This document shows positions 1 through 9,824 of a DNA stretch of 64,000 nt, piece after piece; position 1 is the first letter of the stretch; each line of letters opens with the position of its first letter. The position numbers and the translations under genes are program-made. Source of the DNA: Promethearchaeota archaeon. GTDB lineage: Archaea > Asgardarchaeota > Lokiarchaeia > Sigyniarchaeales > SOKP01. The notes beneath the pieces were generated by a model. The model was not told where the DNA came from. It saw only the letters and a list, made by a program, of their open reading frames with translations, and did no database searches. The DNA lies in contig JAHPZJ010000030.1 of the NCBI GenBank assembly GCA_019058245.1, forward strand, positions 128,001-192,000, read 5' to 3'.

Positions 1-462
1 GAAATATATGAAATTCCCGCGGCGTTAATTTTAATTAAAGCACATAAAGATCTTGAAAAATTTGTTTGTACCAAGCATGAGAATTCGTTTAAAACGATAG
101 TAGACCAAAGATGGACAGAATTAGCTTATGAAGGATTATGGGTAGATCCATTAAGAGATGCTTTGGAAGCATTTATTAATGTTATAAATGAAAAAGTAAC
201 AGGAGAAGTAAAAGTGAAACTTTTCAAAGGGAGTGCTAGTGTGGTTTCAAGGGAATCTCCTTATGGCCTCTATGATATAAATTTAGCTACATATGATACC
301 AAGAGTACATTCAATCAAAAATTGAGTTATGGATTCATTCCAATATGGGGATTACAAAGTGAGATTGGTTTTCAAGTCAGAAATACTGCTAAATCAATAA
401 CAGGATCTACAAATAATGACCAAATGGAGGAGGTAATAAAATATGAAACTAAAAAAGAATAA
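1..462 (+). CDS. argG: Argininosuccinate synthase, C-terminal part (5' truncated by window edge)
   Basis: Frame open from base 1: EIYEIPAALILIKAHKDLE...WTELAYEGLWVDPLRDALEAF...VTGEVKVKLFKG...GFIPIWGL, the typical ArgG C-terminus. Confidence 0.93.
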   Translation, partial: EIYEIPAALILIKAHKDLEKFVCTKHENSFKTIVDQRWTELAYEGLWVDPLRDALEAFINVINEKVTGEVKVKLFKGSASVVSRESPYGLYDINLATYDTKSTFNQKLSYGFIPIWGLQSEIGFQVRNTAKSITGSTNNDQMEEVIKYETKKE

Positions 463-781
463 TAAAGATGTTAAAAATAATAAAAATACATATAAATTGT
501 ATTATAGAGGGTATATCCTAATTCGCTTAAAAGTGATTGGTTCTGAATGGAAAGTTGTTGATAAACTCAAGGGCTTAAAATCAACAGATCCAGGAGAAGA
601 TTGGAATATAACATATGCTACTCCAGTTTATGGGGGATGGGATGTTATGGTAGAATGCTCATTTAGTAGACTGAGAGATTTAGATAAAATTGTTACCTTT
701 TGTAGAGTTGATAAAGATTTATCTCAATGGATTGAAGAAACAACTACTCTAATGGGTTCTAAAAATGATTACCCTGGGTAG
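443..781 (+). CDS. Stand-alone Lrp/AsnC ligand-binding (RAM)-like domain protein
   Basis: Pattern YILIR...VVDKLKGL...ATPVYGGWDVMVE...LDKIV...IEETTTL matches the AsnC C-terminal domain. No HTH. Overlaps argG by 20 nt. Confidence 0.6.
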   Translation: MKLKKNNKDVKNNKNTYKLYYRGYILIRLKVIGSEWKVVDKLKGLKSTDPGEDWNITYATPVYGGWDVMVECSFSRLRDLDKIVTFCRVDKDLSQWIEETTTLMGSKNDYPG

Positions 782-942
782 CTTTCTTTTATTATTGTCA
801 TTAAACATATGATAAATTATCAAATGAATCAGTATCAAAACTCAAATCTGTTTCAGATACAATTTTATATACAAAAAAAAAGATGAAAAATTAAAAAGTA
901 TTATAAATATAAATAGAGAAACAGAATTGCTTTTCCATTCAA

Positions 943-2277
943 TTATTTTATAATAGCCTGTTTTTTAAACTCCTCGATCTCATTTTCACTATAACCAAAC
1001 TGTTCTAAAACAGAAACCGAATCCTCTCCTAAAGTTGGGGCACCTTTTCTGGGTTTAACCGGGGTTTTTGAGAACCTAATCGGGGTACTGATCATCTTAT
1101 AAGCACCATGTTCACTATTTTCAAGATTGCACATCATATTCATGGCCTTCACTTGAGGATCATAGAATAGATCCACACTGTAATTTACTTGTCCACAAGG
1201 AACACCAGCGCTTTCCAGAGCTTCGATCCATTCCTGATTTGTTTTTTCTCGAAAACGTCTTTCAATCTGATGTGTTAGATCCTTTTGATGATTGATAATC
1301 TCATCAGTTATTTCACTAAAGTCAACCCCAGCTCCCTTATCATAAATATCTATTACTTTATTTACAATTTTTCTCTGCCGGCTGGTGACCGCAGCAATGC
1401 TAATAAAACCATTAGCAGTTTCGTAAATCCGATAGTAGGGAAAAAAATACCTGTCTGCGGGTCTATGATTACAATCTGGAACATCAATTATTCTGGTTGA
1501 ATCAGGTCTATCATATCGTCGTTTTAAGTATACTAACGCGTCAATAATTTCTGTATGTGACTTTTCCTCCTGAAAAGCGTTGCTTAAAAGATCCAATTCT
1601 TCTTTATATCTTTCCTTATCTAATTTTTCGATGTTCACGACGCTTGTGAGCTGTAAAGCCAAAGCAGTGGTAAAAAGTGATGTTTCAATTTTTTGACCCT
1701 CGCCAGTCTTTATTCTGGTAAAAAGAGCAGCCACAGCGCTAAGGGTATTGAGTATAGCAGTACAGATATCAATGTACGCAATTCCTCCTGGTCCCTTAGG
1801 ATTACCGTCTTCATCTGCATAATAAGCCATAATGCCAGAAGCTGCATGTGCAATAAGATCTAATCCTCTACGATTTTTATAGGGTCCAATTTCTCCAAAT
1901 GCCGTACTTGAGATGAAAATCAACTTTTTATTAATGGTTGATAGAGTATCATAATCAATCCCAAGTTTTTTAGCGACTCCAGGGGTGTAATTTTGAAGTA
2001 CAACATCAGCTTTTTCAACAAGCCGATAGATAATCTTTTTAGCTGCTTTCTTTCTAATATCCAGGCAAAGACTTTTCTTATTCCTATTCATCGTCAAGGA
2101 AGATCTTGTATTACCTTTATAAATTTTAGAAGGCCCCCATCTTCTTTCTTCGGATCCATCAGGAGGTTCGATTTTTATTACCTCTGCACCCAAATCCCCA
2201 AGGAGGCCTCCACAATATGGACCGGCAATGTATTCAGAAAAATCTAAGACAATTATACCATCTAAAATCCCACTCAT
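943..2277 (-). CDS. Family III CoA-transferase (CaiB/BaiF)
   Basis: LDGIIVLDFSEYIAGPYCGGLLGDLGAEVIKIEPP, NRNKKSL, ADVVLQNY, and catalytic Asp in YIDIC. Confidence 0.92.
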   Translation of the reverse strand: MSGILDGIIVLDFSEYIAGPYCGGLLGDLGAEVIKIEPPDGSEERRWGPSKIYKGNTRSSLTMNRNKKSLCLDIRKKAAKKIIYRLVEKADVVLQNYTPGVAKKLGIDYDTLSTINKKLIFISSTAFGEIGPYKNRRGLDLIAHAASGIMAYYADEDGNPKGPGGIAYIDICTAILNTLSAVAALFTRIKTGEGQKIETSLFTTALALQLTSVVNIEKLDKERYKEELDLLSNAFQEEKSHTEIIDALVYLKRRYDRPDSTRIIDVPDCNHRPADRYFFPYYRIYETANGFISIAAVTSRQRKIVNKVIDIYDKGAGVDFSEITDEIINHQKDLTHQIERRFREKTNQEWIEALESAGVPCGQVNYSVDLFYDPQVKAMNMMCNLENSEHGAYKMISTPIRFSKTPVKPRKGAPTLGEDSVSVLEQFGYSENEIEEFKKQAIIK

Positions 2278-2469
2278 TTACTATCTTCTCTTTTATTAAT
2301 AAAAATCATATTTAATAGATTGTTCAAAGAGTAGATTATATATTCTTTCTCTTCAAAGTTCCTCTTTTTTAATTTTCTAAAAGTCCTAAAAGAGTTATAA
2401 AATAAAATTTTTTTATATTTTTTCTTTTTATATCATTGTTAAAGATTAAAGAGGCAAGACTCTTTAAAT

Positions 2470-3543
2470 TTAAGATAATTTCTTATCTTCAATTATTTTT
2501 AATTTACTTTTAGCTCCAATCTTTTTAAATTCACTAGGACTGATTTCTATATCTTTTCCGGTCAAAGCATTTACAATTGTTGCTGTTAATATTCCCCAAG
2601 GACAAATCGAATTAGATAATTCTTCTGGTCTCATATAAGACCGAACTATTGCGGTGGAACAATTAACAGATTCCACAGTAAATTCATTTTCAGAGATCCA
2701 CTCTAATTTAAGATTTTCAGCCATACCTATTTCAGAAAATTTTTCCATCGCAATTTCTAAAGCTTCGTTTAGATTATATTTTTTTAATTCGTTCAGATCA
2801 AGTCCAATTTGTTTAGAATATCTTTCCAAGAATTCATAAGTTTTAGGAAAAACGTACTTATATAAAACAGGAGTTCCAACAAGTTCTTTTGCACTTCCTT
2901 CATAACCAAATGTTATTCCGTGTAAAATCATAGCAACACCATGAAGGCTTGTCCTTTTTGTGGGTTCTCCATAAGTTTTATATTTAAATGCTTTTACTAA
3001 GATCAAAAGACATAAACCAATGAAAATTGAAATAATTATTGACACTAAATAATTTGGCATTATAAACGGATATGGAATCTTATTTATTGGATTTACATAA
3101 AAATAGAAATCAATATTACTAGTAAAATAACTTAATGCCCATCCCGCAAATCCAATTGGACCGATAATCTTTCCATATTCATATATAAAATCTTTTTTGA
3201 ATCTAGCAATAATAAACTTGATTGTAAACAATACAAATGCTATAATACCACCTAAAAATGTATGCCAAAATACAGTATTAATAAAAAATACTTCAAAATC
3301 ACTTGGATTTAACCGGGGTATTACTCCAAAGTAAATACAAAGTATTGTCAATAAGTAAAAAATTAATGCTGCAGTCCATCCAAACCTTTTATGTGCTTTT
3401 ACTTCTAACAAGGTTAATTCTTTTAAATTCCTTATATGTGAAAGTCCAATAAAAAAATTAGCTAAAGCTAGCCCAAATCCAATTGTCGAAAGATACAGCA
3501 TAAAATGATTTAGGAATTCCATAAATGGTATTTGTAATATCAT
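2470..3543 (-). CDS. Multi-pass membrane protein with C-terminal V4R-like domain
   Basis: About 5 hydrophobic helices with His residues (HKRFG, WHTFLGG). Soluble C-terminus has V4R-like FTVESVNC...ICPWG...ALTGK. Confidence 0.55.
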   Translation of the reverse strand: MILQIPFMEFLNHFMLYLSTIGFGLALANFFIGLSHIRNLKELTLLEVKAHKRFGWTAALIFYLLTILCIYFGVIPRLNPSDFEVFFINTVFWHTFLGGIIAFVLFTIKFIIARFKKDFIYEYGKIIGPIGFAGWALSYFTSNIDFYFYVNPINKIPYPFIMPNYLVSIIISIFIGLCLLILVKAFKYKTYGEPTKRTSLHGVAMILHGITFGYEGSAKELVGTPVLYKYVFPKTYEFLERYSKQIGLDLNELKKYNLNEALEIAMEKFSEIGMAENLKLEWISENEFTVESVNCSTAIVRSYMRPEELSNSICPWGILTATIVNALTGKDIEISPSEFKKIGAKSKLKIIEDKKLS

Positions 3544-3664
3544 TTTAATATCCCATTTAATTTATTAAAAATTATTATTATTAACTTGTTTAATTAAAAT
3601 TTAAGAATAATTTCCATTATAATATTATTGTATTTAAAACTAATGCTTAAATGGTAAAGATAAA

Positions 3665-4771
3665 CTACTTAACTTGAAGGAATATTTTATAGCAGATATC
3701 TTGTATTATTTCAAATGTATTTATTTCATTAATATTTCCTATCATAGTTAAAACCATATTATTAAAATTCATACAGATCGTAGTTATTTTTTCTCCTCCA
3801 AGAGAGGTGTTAAATAAAGCTCTATTATAGGTTTCTTCACTTACTTTTTTTGCAGATGTTAAAACACTAATTGTTTCAGGAATATAATCTGTACAGTCAT
3901 ATTTATCATCAAATATTTTTGAGTAAAGTATTTTACCAACCAAATCTACAAGAAAGATTTGCTTAATCCTGGAATCCCATATCAAATTCTCAAATTTTTC
4001 TACTATTTTCTTTGGTTTTTTAATATATTTATCTTTTGTCTTGAAGAAATCTAATGCCAAGAAATCATTCTCAATGTTTTCTGGTAATTGATATTGTTTA
4101 ACAATAATTATTTTGCTTCTAATTTCTACCACTATATTTTCATTTCTAATTGTCGTTAATAGTATCCAATTTACATTCTCATTGAGGTTATTTTTGTATA
4201 ATAATTGCCCGGAATTAACTATTAGCGGAATAAGGAAACTTATTTTTTCTTTATTTACAAATTGTTTCGCATGAATATAATAAATATTTCCTCCTTTTGG
4301 GTCAAGAAAAACAATTGATTTAAGGGCTTCTCCATCATCAATTTGTTTAATAGAATCGTTTAAGGAATCCAGTCCTCGAGAATAAATAACTTTTCTTAAA
4401 ATTTCATGAAAGATTTTATATTTTGAAACTTCACCATCAAATTCTATATTTAAATATTCTTTAAAAGTCGTAGTGAATATATCCATAATATCATGAACAA
4501 TTGAATGTAATAATTCTATTAATTCTTCATTTTTAGTAGTAACTACAAAAGTAAGTTTCTGTACGAGGTTGGAACTTTTCTCAAAAATAATATGGGTTTC
4601 CTTTAATTGGAGGGATTTTATATCTTCTCCTCTTTCAATACTCGCAAAACTATTTATAGCTGTAAGGAATCCACTAATAAGATCATCATCTTTAATTTCT
4701 GCACTTTCTTCCCAATGCCAACTAAATAGTAATTGCCCTGTATCGTTAATTATAAATAAATCATCTAGCAT
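3665..4771 (-). CDS. Multi-domain longin/roadblock-like protein
   Basis: N-terminal longin pattern LFIINDTGQLLFS...LISGFLTAINSFA...IKSLQL. Two further similar modules start at IVFLDPKGG and IFLVDLVGKILYS. Confidence 0.65.
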   Translation of the reverse strand: MLDDLFIINDTGQLLFSWHWEESAEIKDDDLISGFLTAINSFASIERGEDIKSLQLKETHIIFEKSSNLVQKLTFVVTTKNEELIELLHSIVHDIMDIFTTTFKEYLNIEFDGEVSKYKIFHEILRKVIYSRGLDSLNDSIKQIDDGEALKSIVFLDPKGGNIYYIHAKQFVNKEKISFLIPLIVNSGQLLYKNNLNENVNWILLTTIRNENIVVEIRSKIIIVKQYQLPENIENDFLALDFFKTKDKYIKKPKKIVEKFENLIWDSRIKQIFLVDLVGKILYSKIFDDKYDCTDYIPETISVLTSAKKVSEETYNRALFNTSLGGEKITTICMNFNNMVLTMIGNINEINTFEIIQDICYKIFLQVK

Positions 4772-5088
4772 ATTTAGAAATATTAATTTTTAAGTTAATA
4801 ATTAAATCTCTATTTAATTGTATAATTATAGAATTTTTTTAAGATTTGTAAGTTTTTTCCTTTATTGAAGTCAATCATCTTTCAATACTATTATTAAAAT
4901 TCTCAATATGAAATATTTATTTAAACTTTATCCTTTATTTTCAAACATCTATTTTTAGGTTGTAAAATTTCGTAAAAAAAAAGCTTAAATATAATTTCTA
5001 CTATAAAGTAGATAAAATAATTCTTAATGAATTGCTAAAGAATTTAAATTAACTAACTTCTGAATTTTTATTGAATTAATTTAATAAA

Positions 5089-5784
5089 ATGAGAAAGGAA
5101 AGAGGTGTAATATTTATTTCTCAAGATGATATGGAAGATCTAACAACAAACCTAGATAATAAGGTTGTAAAAGCTTTACAGAACAAGGTTGATTCATATG
5201 AAAAAGAGATCGGCGAATTAAAAGGGATCTTGGAAAAGAAAGATGAAGAATACGCAAATTTAGCAAAAACTAAAGAAAAACTGAATTCTGAATTAGAGGA
5301 ACTTCGAGGAAAACTTACAGATTTAAAAAGTAAATCCGCTAACCTTGAAAAATTAAATAGTGAAGTGTACGATTTAAAGAAAACAATTACTTTGAAAGAT
5401 GACGAAATCAATAAATTAAAAACTGAAGTGGATGAATCTAAACCTAAAGTTACAGAATTAACCAAAAACAATGAAGCGTTAAATAATAGTATTGCTGAAA
5501 AGGAATCTAAAATTAAAGAATTAACGGATACTATAGCAGAAAAAGAAAATGCACTTAATGAACAAAACAGTAGATTAGAAAAAGTAGAAACGGAATTATC
5601 AGCTCTACAGCCAACAGCACCAGTTGATTATTCAACTGAGGAACGATTAGTCTGTCCAAGTTGTGGTGCGAGAGGAAAGGATCTAAAGGTTGAAGAAGAT
5701 AAAAGTAAAATCCTAAGCTATATTGGACATTCCCCCATGTATTCTAAAACCAATGTCTGTAAGAAATGTGGTTATAAGTTTTAA
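5089..5784 (+). CDS. Coiled-coil protein with C-terminal Zn ribbon
   Basis: About 150 aa of heptad-rich K/E/L sequence followed by CPSC...CKKC. Start position uncertain. Confidence 0.75.
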   Translation: MRKERGVIFISQDDMEDLTTNLDNKVVKALQNKVDSYEKEIGELKGILEKKDEEYANLAKTKEKLNSELEELRGKLTDLKSKSANLEKLNSEVYDLKKTITLKDDEINKLKTEVDESKPKVTELTKNNEALNNSIAEKESKIKELTDTIAEKENALNEQNSRLEKVETELSALQPTAPVDYSTEERLVCPSCGARGKDLKVEEDKSKILSYIGHSPMYSKTNVCKKCGYKF

Positions 5785-5966
5785 TTAATTTTAAGTTAAA
5801 CTCGTATTTGAGCAAAAAGGTGCAAGATATATAAAAAAGAATTTCTTTTTTTATTTTTTTTATCTAATACGAGATAATGCTAAAATTTAGAATTTTTTAT
5901 TAAATAAAACTAGAAAAATTATATTTCAGTTAGAATTTATTAAAACTCTGCTATCTATGAAATCTA

Positions 5967-7469
5967 CTAAAATCGAACTTTTATATCTCTCTTATGAAGA
6001 TAAGATTTTAAATCCTTGATTTTTATTGTCTTTGTATGGAACAAAGATGCTGCTAAGACCGCTTCTGCCCCAGCTTTAATAGCTTCATAAAAATGTTCAT
6101 AATTACCTGCTCCACCCGAAGCAATTAATGGTACTGATATCACATTGGTGAGATTTTGAATTAATTTAAAGTCATAACCTAATTGAGTCCCATCTCGATC
6201 CATACTAGTAACAAGTAGTTCCCCTGCACCCCTTTCAACAACTTCTTTTGCCCATTCTATTGCATCTAATCCTGTTGATTCTGTACCCGCCTTTATATAT
6301 ACTTCCCAAGTATCTGCTTTTTTCTTTACGTCAATTGCACACACAATAGACTGACTTCCAAACTTTTGAGCACCTTCAGTTATAACTTTGGGATTATCTA
6401 CGGCAGCAGTGTTAATACTTACTTTTTCTGCCCCTGTATTAATGATATTTGTTATATCATTCAAATTTCTAATACCGCCTCCTACTGTAAAAGGAATATA
6501 TACTTCTTCAGCAACCTTTCTCAAAGTTTGATACAATATTGATCGTTTTTCTAAGGTTGCAGAAATGTCTAGAAATACTAATTCATCCGCACCTTCTGAA
6601 TTATAGAATCTAGATAATTCTACAGGGTCTCCACTATCCTTCAAGTTGAGGTATTGTACACCCTTTACTACTCTTCCATCTTTAATATCAAGGCATGGCA
6701 CTATCCTTTTTGCTAAATTGGTTGGGTCATACTTTTTTGTTAAATCTCTTAAATTTTTATTACTTAATTTATTACTATAAAACGCTTTTCCAATAATAAC
6801 ACCATCTGCATAGTGTAGAACTTGATTAATATCATTTAAATTGCTTATTCCACCAGAAGCAATTACTTTGGTGTCTGGATGTTTAATATTTGAAATATTC
6901 TTGTATATCTCAAAATTAGGGCCTTCTAAAGTTCCATCACGTGATACATCGGTTATTATAAAGTTTGAAACACCTTGTTCTTCTAAATTCTTAAACTGAG
7001 ATTCTAAAGTAATATTTGTATCTTCAAGCCAACCCTTTATCCTCAAATTACCATTGAGAACATCTAGTGCAACTATTATATCATTATTATATTTTTTCAT
7101 TAAATTCCTAAAAAGAGTTTGATTTTCAATAGCAATAGTCCCAATAATAACCTTATAAAGCCCTAGACCTAATAATTCTCTAATAGTTCTTTCAGTCCTG
7201 ATTCCCCCTCCTAGTTGAATTTTTGAGCCCCATTTCTTACTTTCTTCTATCAAAGATCTTATAACTTCATAATTTGGTCCATTCTCAAATTCACCTGATT
7301 TTGCTCCATTTAAATTTATAACGTGTATCTGCTCGATCCCTTGATTAAAAAAATTCTTAAGTAATTCAACAGGTCTTTTAGAATAATTATTAATTTTATC
7401 AAAATCTCCTTTATATAACCTAACAACATTACCATTTAACAAATCAATAGCAGGAATTATTTTTTTCAT
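5967..7469 (-). CDS. hisAF: HisA-HisF fusion (ProFAR isomerase plus imidazole glycerol phosphate synthase cyclase)
   Basis: N-half [35 protein letters not shown] (HisA). C-half [30 protein letters not shown] (HisF). Single ORF with no internal stop. Confidence 0.95.
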   Translation of the reverse strand: MKKIIPAIDLLNGNVVRLYKGDFDKINNYSKRPVELLKNFFNQGIEQIHVINLNGAKSGEFENGPNYEVIRSLIEESKKWGSKIQLGGGIRTERTIRELLGLGLYKVIIGTIAIENQTLFRNLMKKYNNDIIVALDVLNGNLRIKGWLEDTNITLESQFKNLEEQGVSNFIITDVSRDGTLEGPNFEIYKNISNIKHPDTKVIASGGISNLNDINQVLHYADGVIIGKAFYSNKLSNKNLRDLTKKYDPTNLAKRIVPCLDIKDGRVVKGVQYLNLKDSGDPVELSRFYNSEGADELVFLDISATLEKRSILYQTLRKVAEEVYIPFTVGGGIRNLNDITNIINTGAEKVSINTAAVDNPKVITEGAQKFGSQSIVCAIDVKKKADTWEVYIKAGTESTGLDAIEWAKEVVERGAGELLVTSMDRDGTQLGYDFKLIQNLTNVISVPLIASGGAGNYEHFYEAIKAGAEAVLAASLFHTKTIKIKDLKSYLHKRDIKVRF

Positions 7470-7476
7470 ATTATAA

Positions 7477-8070
7477 TCACCTCTTTATCAAGGAAATGAA
7501 ATATTTAATAATTCTATCACCTGCATCTTGACTTTTTTCTGGATGAAATTGGGTAGCTATTACGTGATCTTTTAGGATTATAACTGGAATAGAGATCCCA
7601 TGATTTACATAAGAGATTATAGTATTTTTATCATTGGGATTACAATAATATGAATGGTTAAAATAAACATAACCATAAAAATATGGTTTTGAAGATGGGA
7701 TTAATCTATTCCATCCAGTATGAGGAATTCTAATAGATTGATTTGGGGTTAATCTAATTACCTTTCCAGGGATGATATCTAATCCACTAATATCTAAAGA
7801 TTCTTCAGAATTTGAAAATAATAGTTGCATGCCTAAGCAGATACCCATTGTTGGAACAGTAAGAATAGAATCTTTTAATGGGGAGAACAATCCATTTTGT
7901 TTAAGTTCTTTAACAGCATCACCAAAAGCGCCTACTCCAGGGAGAATCAAACCTTTAGATTTCTCTATTAAATCTAGATCTCTTGAAATAATGACATCCG
8001 GATAAAATCTTTGAACACTTTTTTGAATCGACCGAAGATTGCCACTACCATAATCTATTATAGTAATCAT
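7477..8070 (-). CDS. hisH: Imidazole glycerol phosphate synthase glutaminase subunit
   Basis: MITIIDYGSGNLRSI, LPGVGAF, GICLGMQ, QFHPEKS. Start moved to the ATG at 8070, which removes the overlap with hisB. Confidence 0.95.
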   Translation of the reverse strand: MITIIDYGSGNLRSIQKSVQRFYPDVIISRDLDLIEKSKGLILPGVGAFGDAVKELKQNGLFSPLKDSILTVPTMGICLGMQLLFSNSEESLDISGLDIIPGKVIRLTPNQSIRIPHTGWNRLIPSSKPYFYGYVYFNHSYYCNPNDKNTIISYVNHGISIPVIILKDHVIATQFHPEKSQDAGDRIIKYFISLIKR

Positions 8071-8083
8071 GTTAAATACCAAA

Positions 8084-8689
8084 TTACAATATTCCTTTAC
8101 TTGAAGGAAGTTTTCGATTCCCTTTTGAATCAATTCTAGTGCTATAATCCAATGCTTTACCTAGAGATTTAAATATTGCTTCTGCAATATGATGGTTATT
8201 TTTACCATAGAGAACTCTAACATGGAGTGTTATTTGGGCATTAATTGAAAATGTATATAAAAAATGCTCTATTAAATCGACTGGGATTAAATTATCCTCC
8301 TTCGATCCTATAAACGGATTTGTCCAATTGATTTGCTTTTTAAAAAATGGTCTTGAAGAGATATCGATGGCAACAAATGCGAGGCACTCATCCATAGGAA
8401 AAAAACAATGTCCAACTCGTGTAATTCCAATTTTATTTCCTAAGGCTTTATTAAAAACTTTACCTAATACAATGGAGGTATCTTCAATGAGGTGATGATT
8501 ATCAACATTAAGATCACCCTCCGCAAAAATATTCATATCAAATTTTCCGTGAATAGCAATTTGGGTAAGAAGATGATCAAAAATACCGATTGAAGTCTCA
8601 ATTTTACAATCACCAACTCCATCAATATTAATTTCAATATTAATGCTTGTTTCCTTGGTTTTTCTTTCTAATTTAGCTTTTCTTTCCAT
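8084..8689 (-). CDS. hisB: Imidazoleglycerol-phosphate dehydratase (monofunctional)
   Basis: RKTKETSI, FDHLL, DNHHLIED, PMDE, NNHHIAEAIFK, PSSKG. Likely start is MERKAK at 8689. Confidence 0.95.
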   Translation of the reverse strand: MERKAKLERKTKETSINIEINIDGVGDCKIETSIGIFDHLLTQIAIHGKFDMNIFAEGDLNVDNHHLIEDTSIVLGKVFNKALGNKIGITRVGHCFFPMDECLAFVAIDISSRPFFKKQINWTNPFIGSKEDNLIPVDLIEHFLYTFSINAQITLHVRVLYGKNNHHIAEAIFKSLGKALDYSTRIDSKGNRKLPSSKGIL

Positions 8690-8690
8690 T

Positions 8691-9824
8691 TTAATTCTCC
8701 TCAAAATATGATTTTAATATTTCTATTACCTTTTTCATTTGTAAACTTGTACCTATTGAGATTCTCAAGCAATTTGAGAGTTCTGCTGTATAATTTCTTA
8801 CTTTAATTTTATTATTCAATAAATATTGATAAACTGAATCTGAAATTTCAGATGATTCAAATCTTAATAAAATAAAATTTGTCTGACTTGGATGTATATA
8901 AAAAATCTTATTATTCTTTCTTAAATTAAGAAGGTCCTTAAAAAATTCTTCTCGAATAGATATGATTTTTTTAATATTTGCTGAAATTTCATCTTTTTTA
9001 TCTAATAATAATAAACCATATTGCAAAGCTACATTATTTACATTAAAAGGGCTTTTTATACGAATTAATATTTCATTAATGGAAGGATTTGATATTGTAT
9101 AACCTAATCTTAATCCTGCGAGAGAATAAGACTTGCTAAATGATCGAGAGATAATTAAATTATCATAAGATTTGATTAAATCTACTGCACTCAGACCATC
9201 ACTGAAATCAATATAAGCTTCATCAATAATTACTAATTTTTTCAACATTAAAAGTTGTTTAATAAAATCAAGAGAGATTAACATTCCATCTGGATTATTT
9301 GGTCTAGATAAGATAATAATATTTGATGATTTAGCCCTCTTCATAAAATTGAGTTGATCTAAATCATATTCTGCAATACCCGTTGTTTCATTTATTGATA
9401 ATCTTAGCGGAAATGATTCATACTTTGCACCATTTATATTCGCAAAAAATTTATACATTGAAAACGTTGGATCAATGCTTAAAATAGTGGTTTTAGGTGT
9501 GGCATAGATCTTAATGATAAGACCTATAATTTCATTAGAGCCTGTTCCTGCTAAGAGATATGAAATAGGTAATTCTAGATCCTTTGATAGCTTATCTAAA
9601 AATGTATTAGCATTCAAATCTGGATAATTTTTTAAAATATTTAATGATTTTAAATTTGCTAAATCTCCTAAAGGTGGTACAAAAGGACTTTCATTTTTAT
9701 CTAAAAATATCATCTCATTTTCCTGGCTCGATTTATCTAAATATGAAAGTGAATCAAAATTTTGAGAATCTAAGTACTTCCTAATAATTTTAGAAGGCTT
9801 AATAGTGTAATTTTTTTTATCCAA
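8691..9824 (-). CDS. hisC: Histidinol-phosphate aminotransferase
   Basis: LDKNESP, YPD, PNNPDG, IDEAY and PLP-lysine motif RSFSKSYSLAGLRLG. TTG start. Confidence 0.93.
   Translation of the reverse strand: MDKKNYTIKPSKIIRKYLDSQNFDSLSYLDKSSQENEMIFLDKNESPFVPPLGDLANLKSLNILKNYPDLNANTFLDKLSKDLELPISYLLAGTGSNEIIGLIIKIYATPKTTILSIDPTFSMYKFFANINGAKYESFPLRLSINETTGIAEYDLDQLNFMKRAKSSNIIILSRPNNPDGMLISLDFIKQLLMLKKLVIIDEAYIDFSDGLSAVDLIKSYDNLIISRSFSKSYSLAGLRLGYTISNPSINEILIRIKSPFNVNNVALQYGLLLLDKKDEISANIKKIISIREEFFKDLLNLRKNNKIFYIHPSQTNFILLRFESSEISDSVYQYLLNNKIKVRNYTAELSNCLRISIGTSLQMKKVIEILKSYFEEN

Noticed and set aside
8071-8133. Longer hisH start at 8133
   Set aside because: It overlaps hisB; the HisH-like sequence begins at MITIIDYG (8070).
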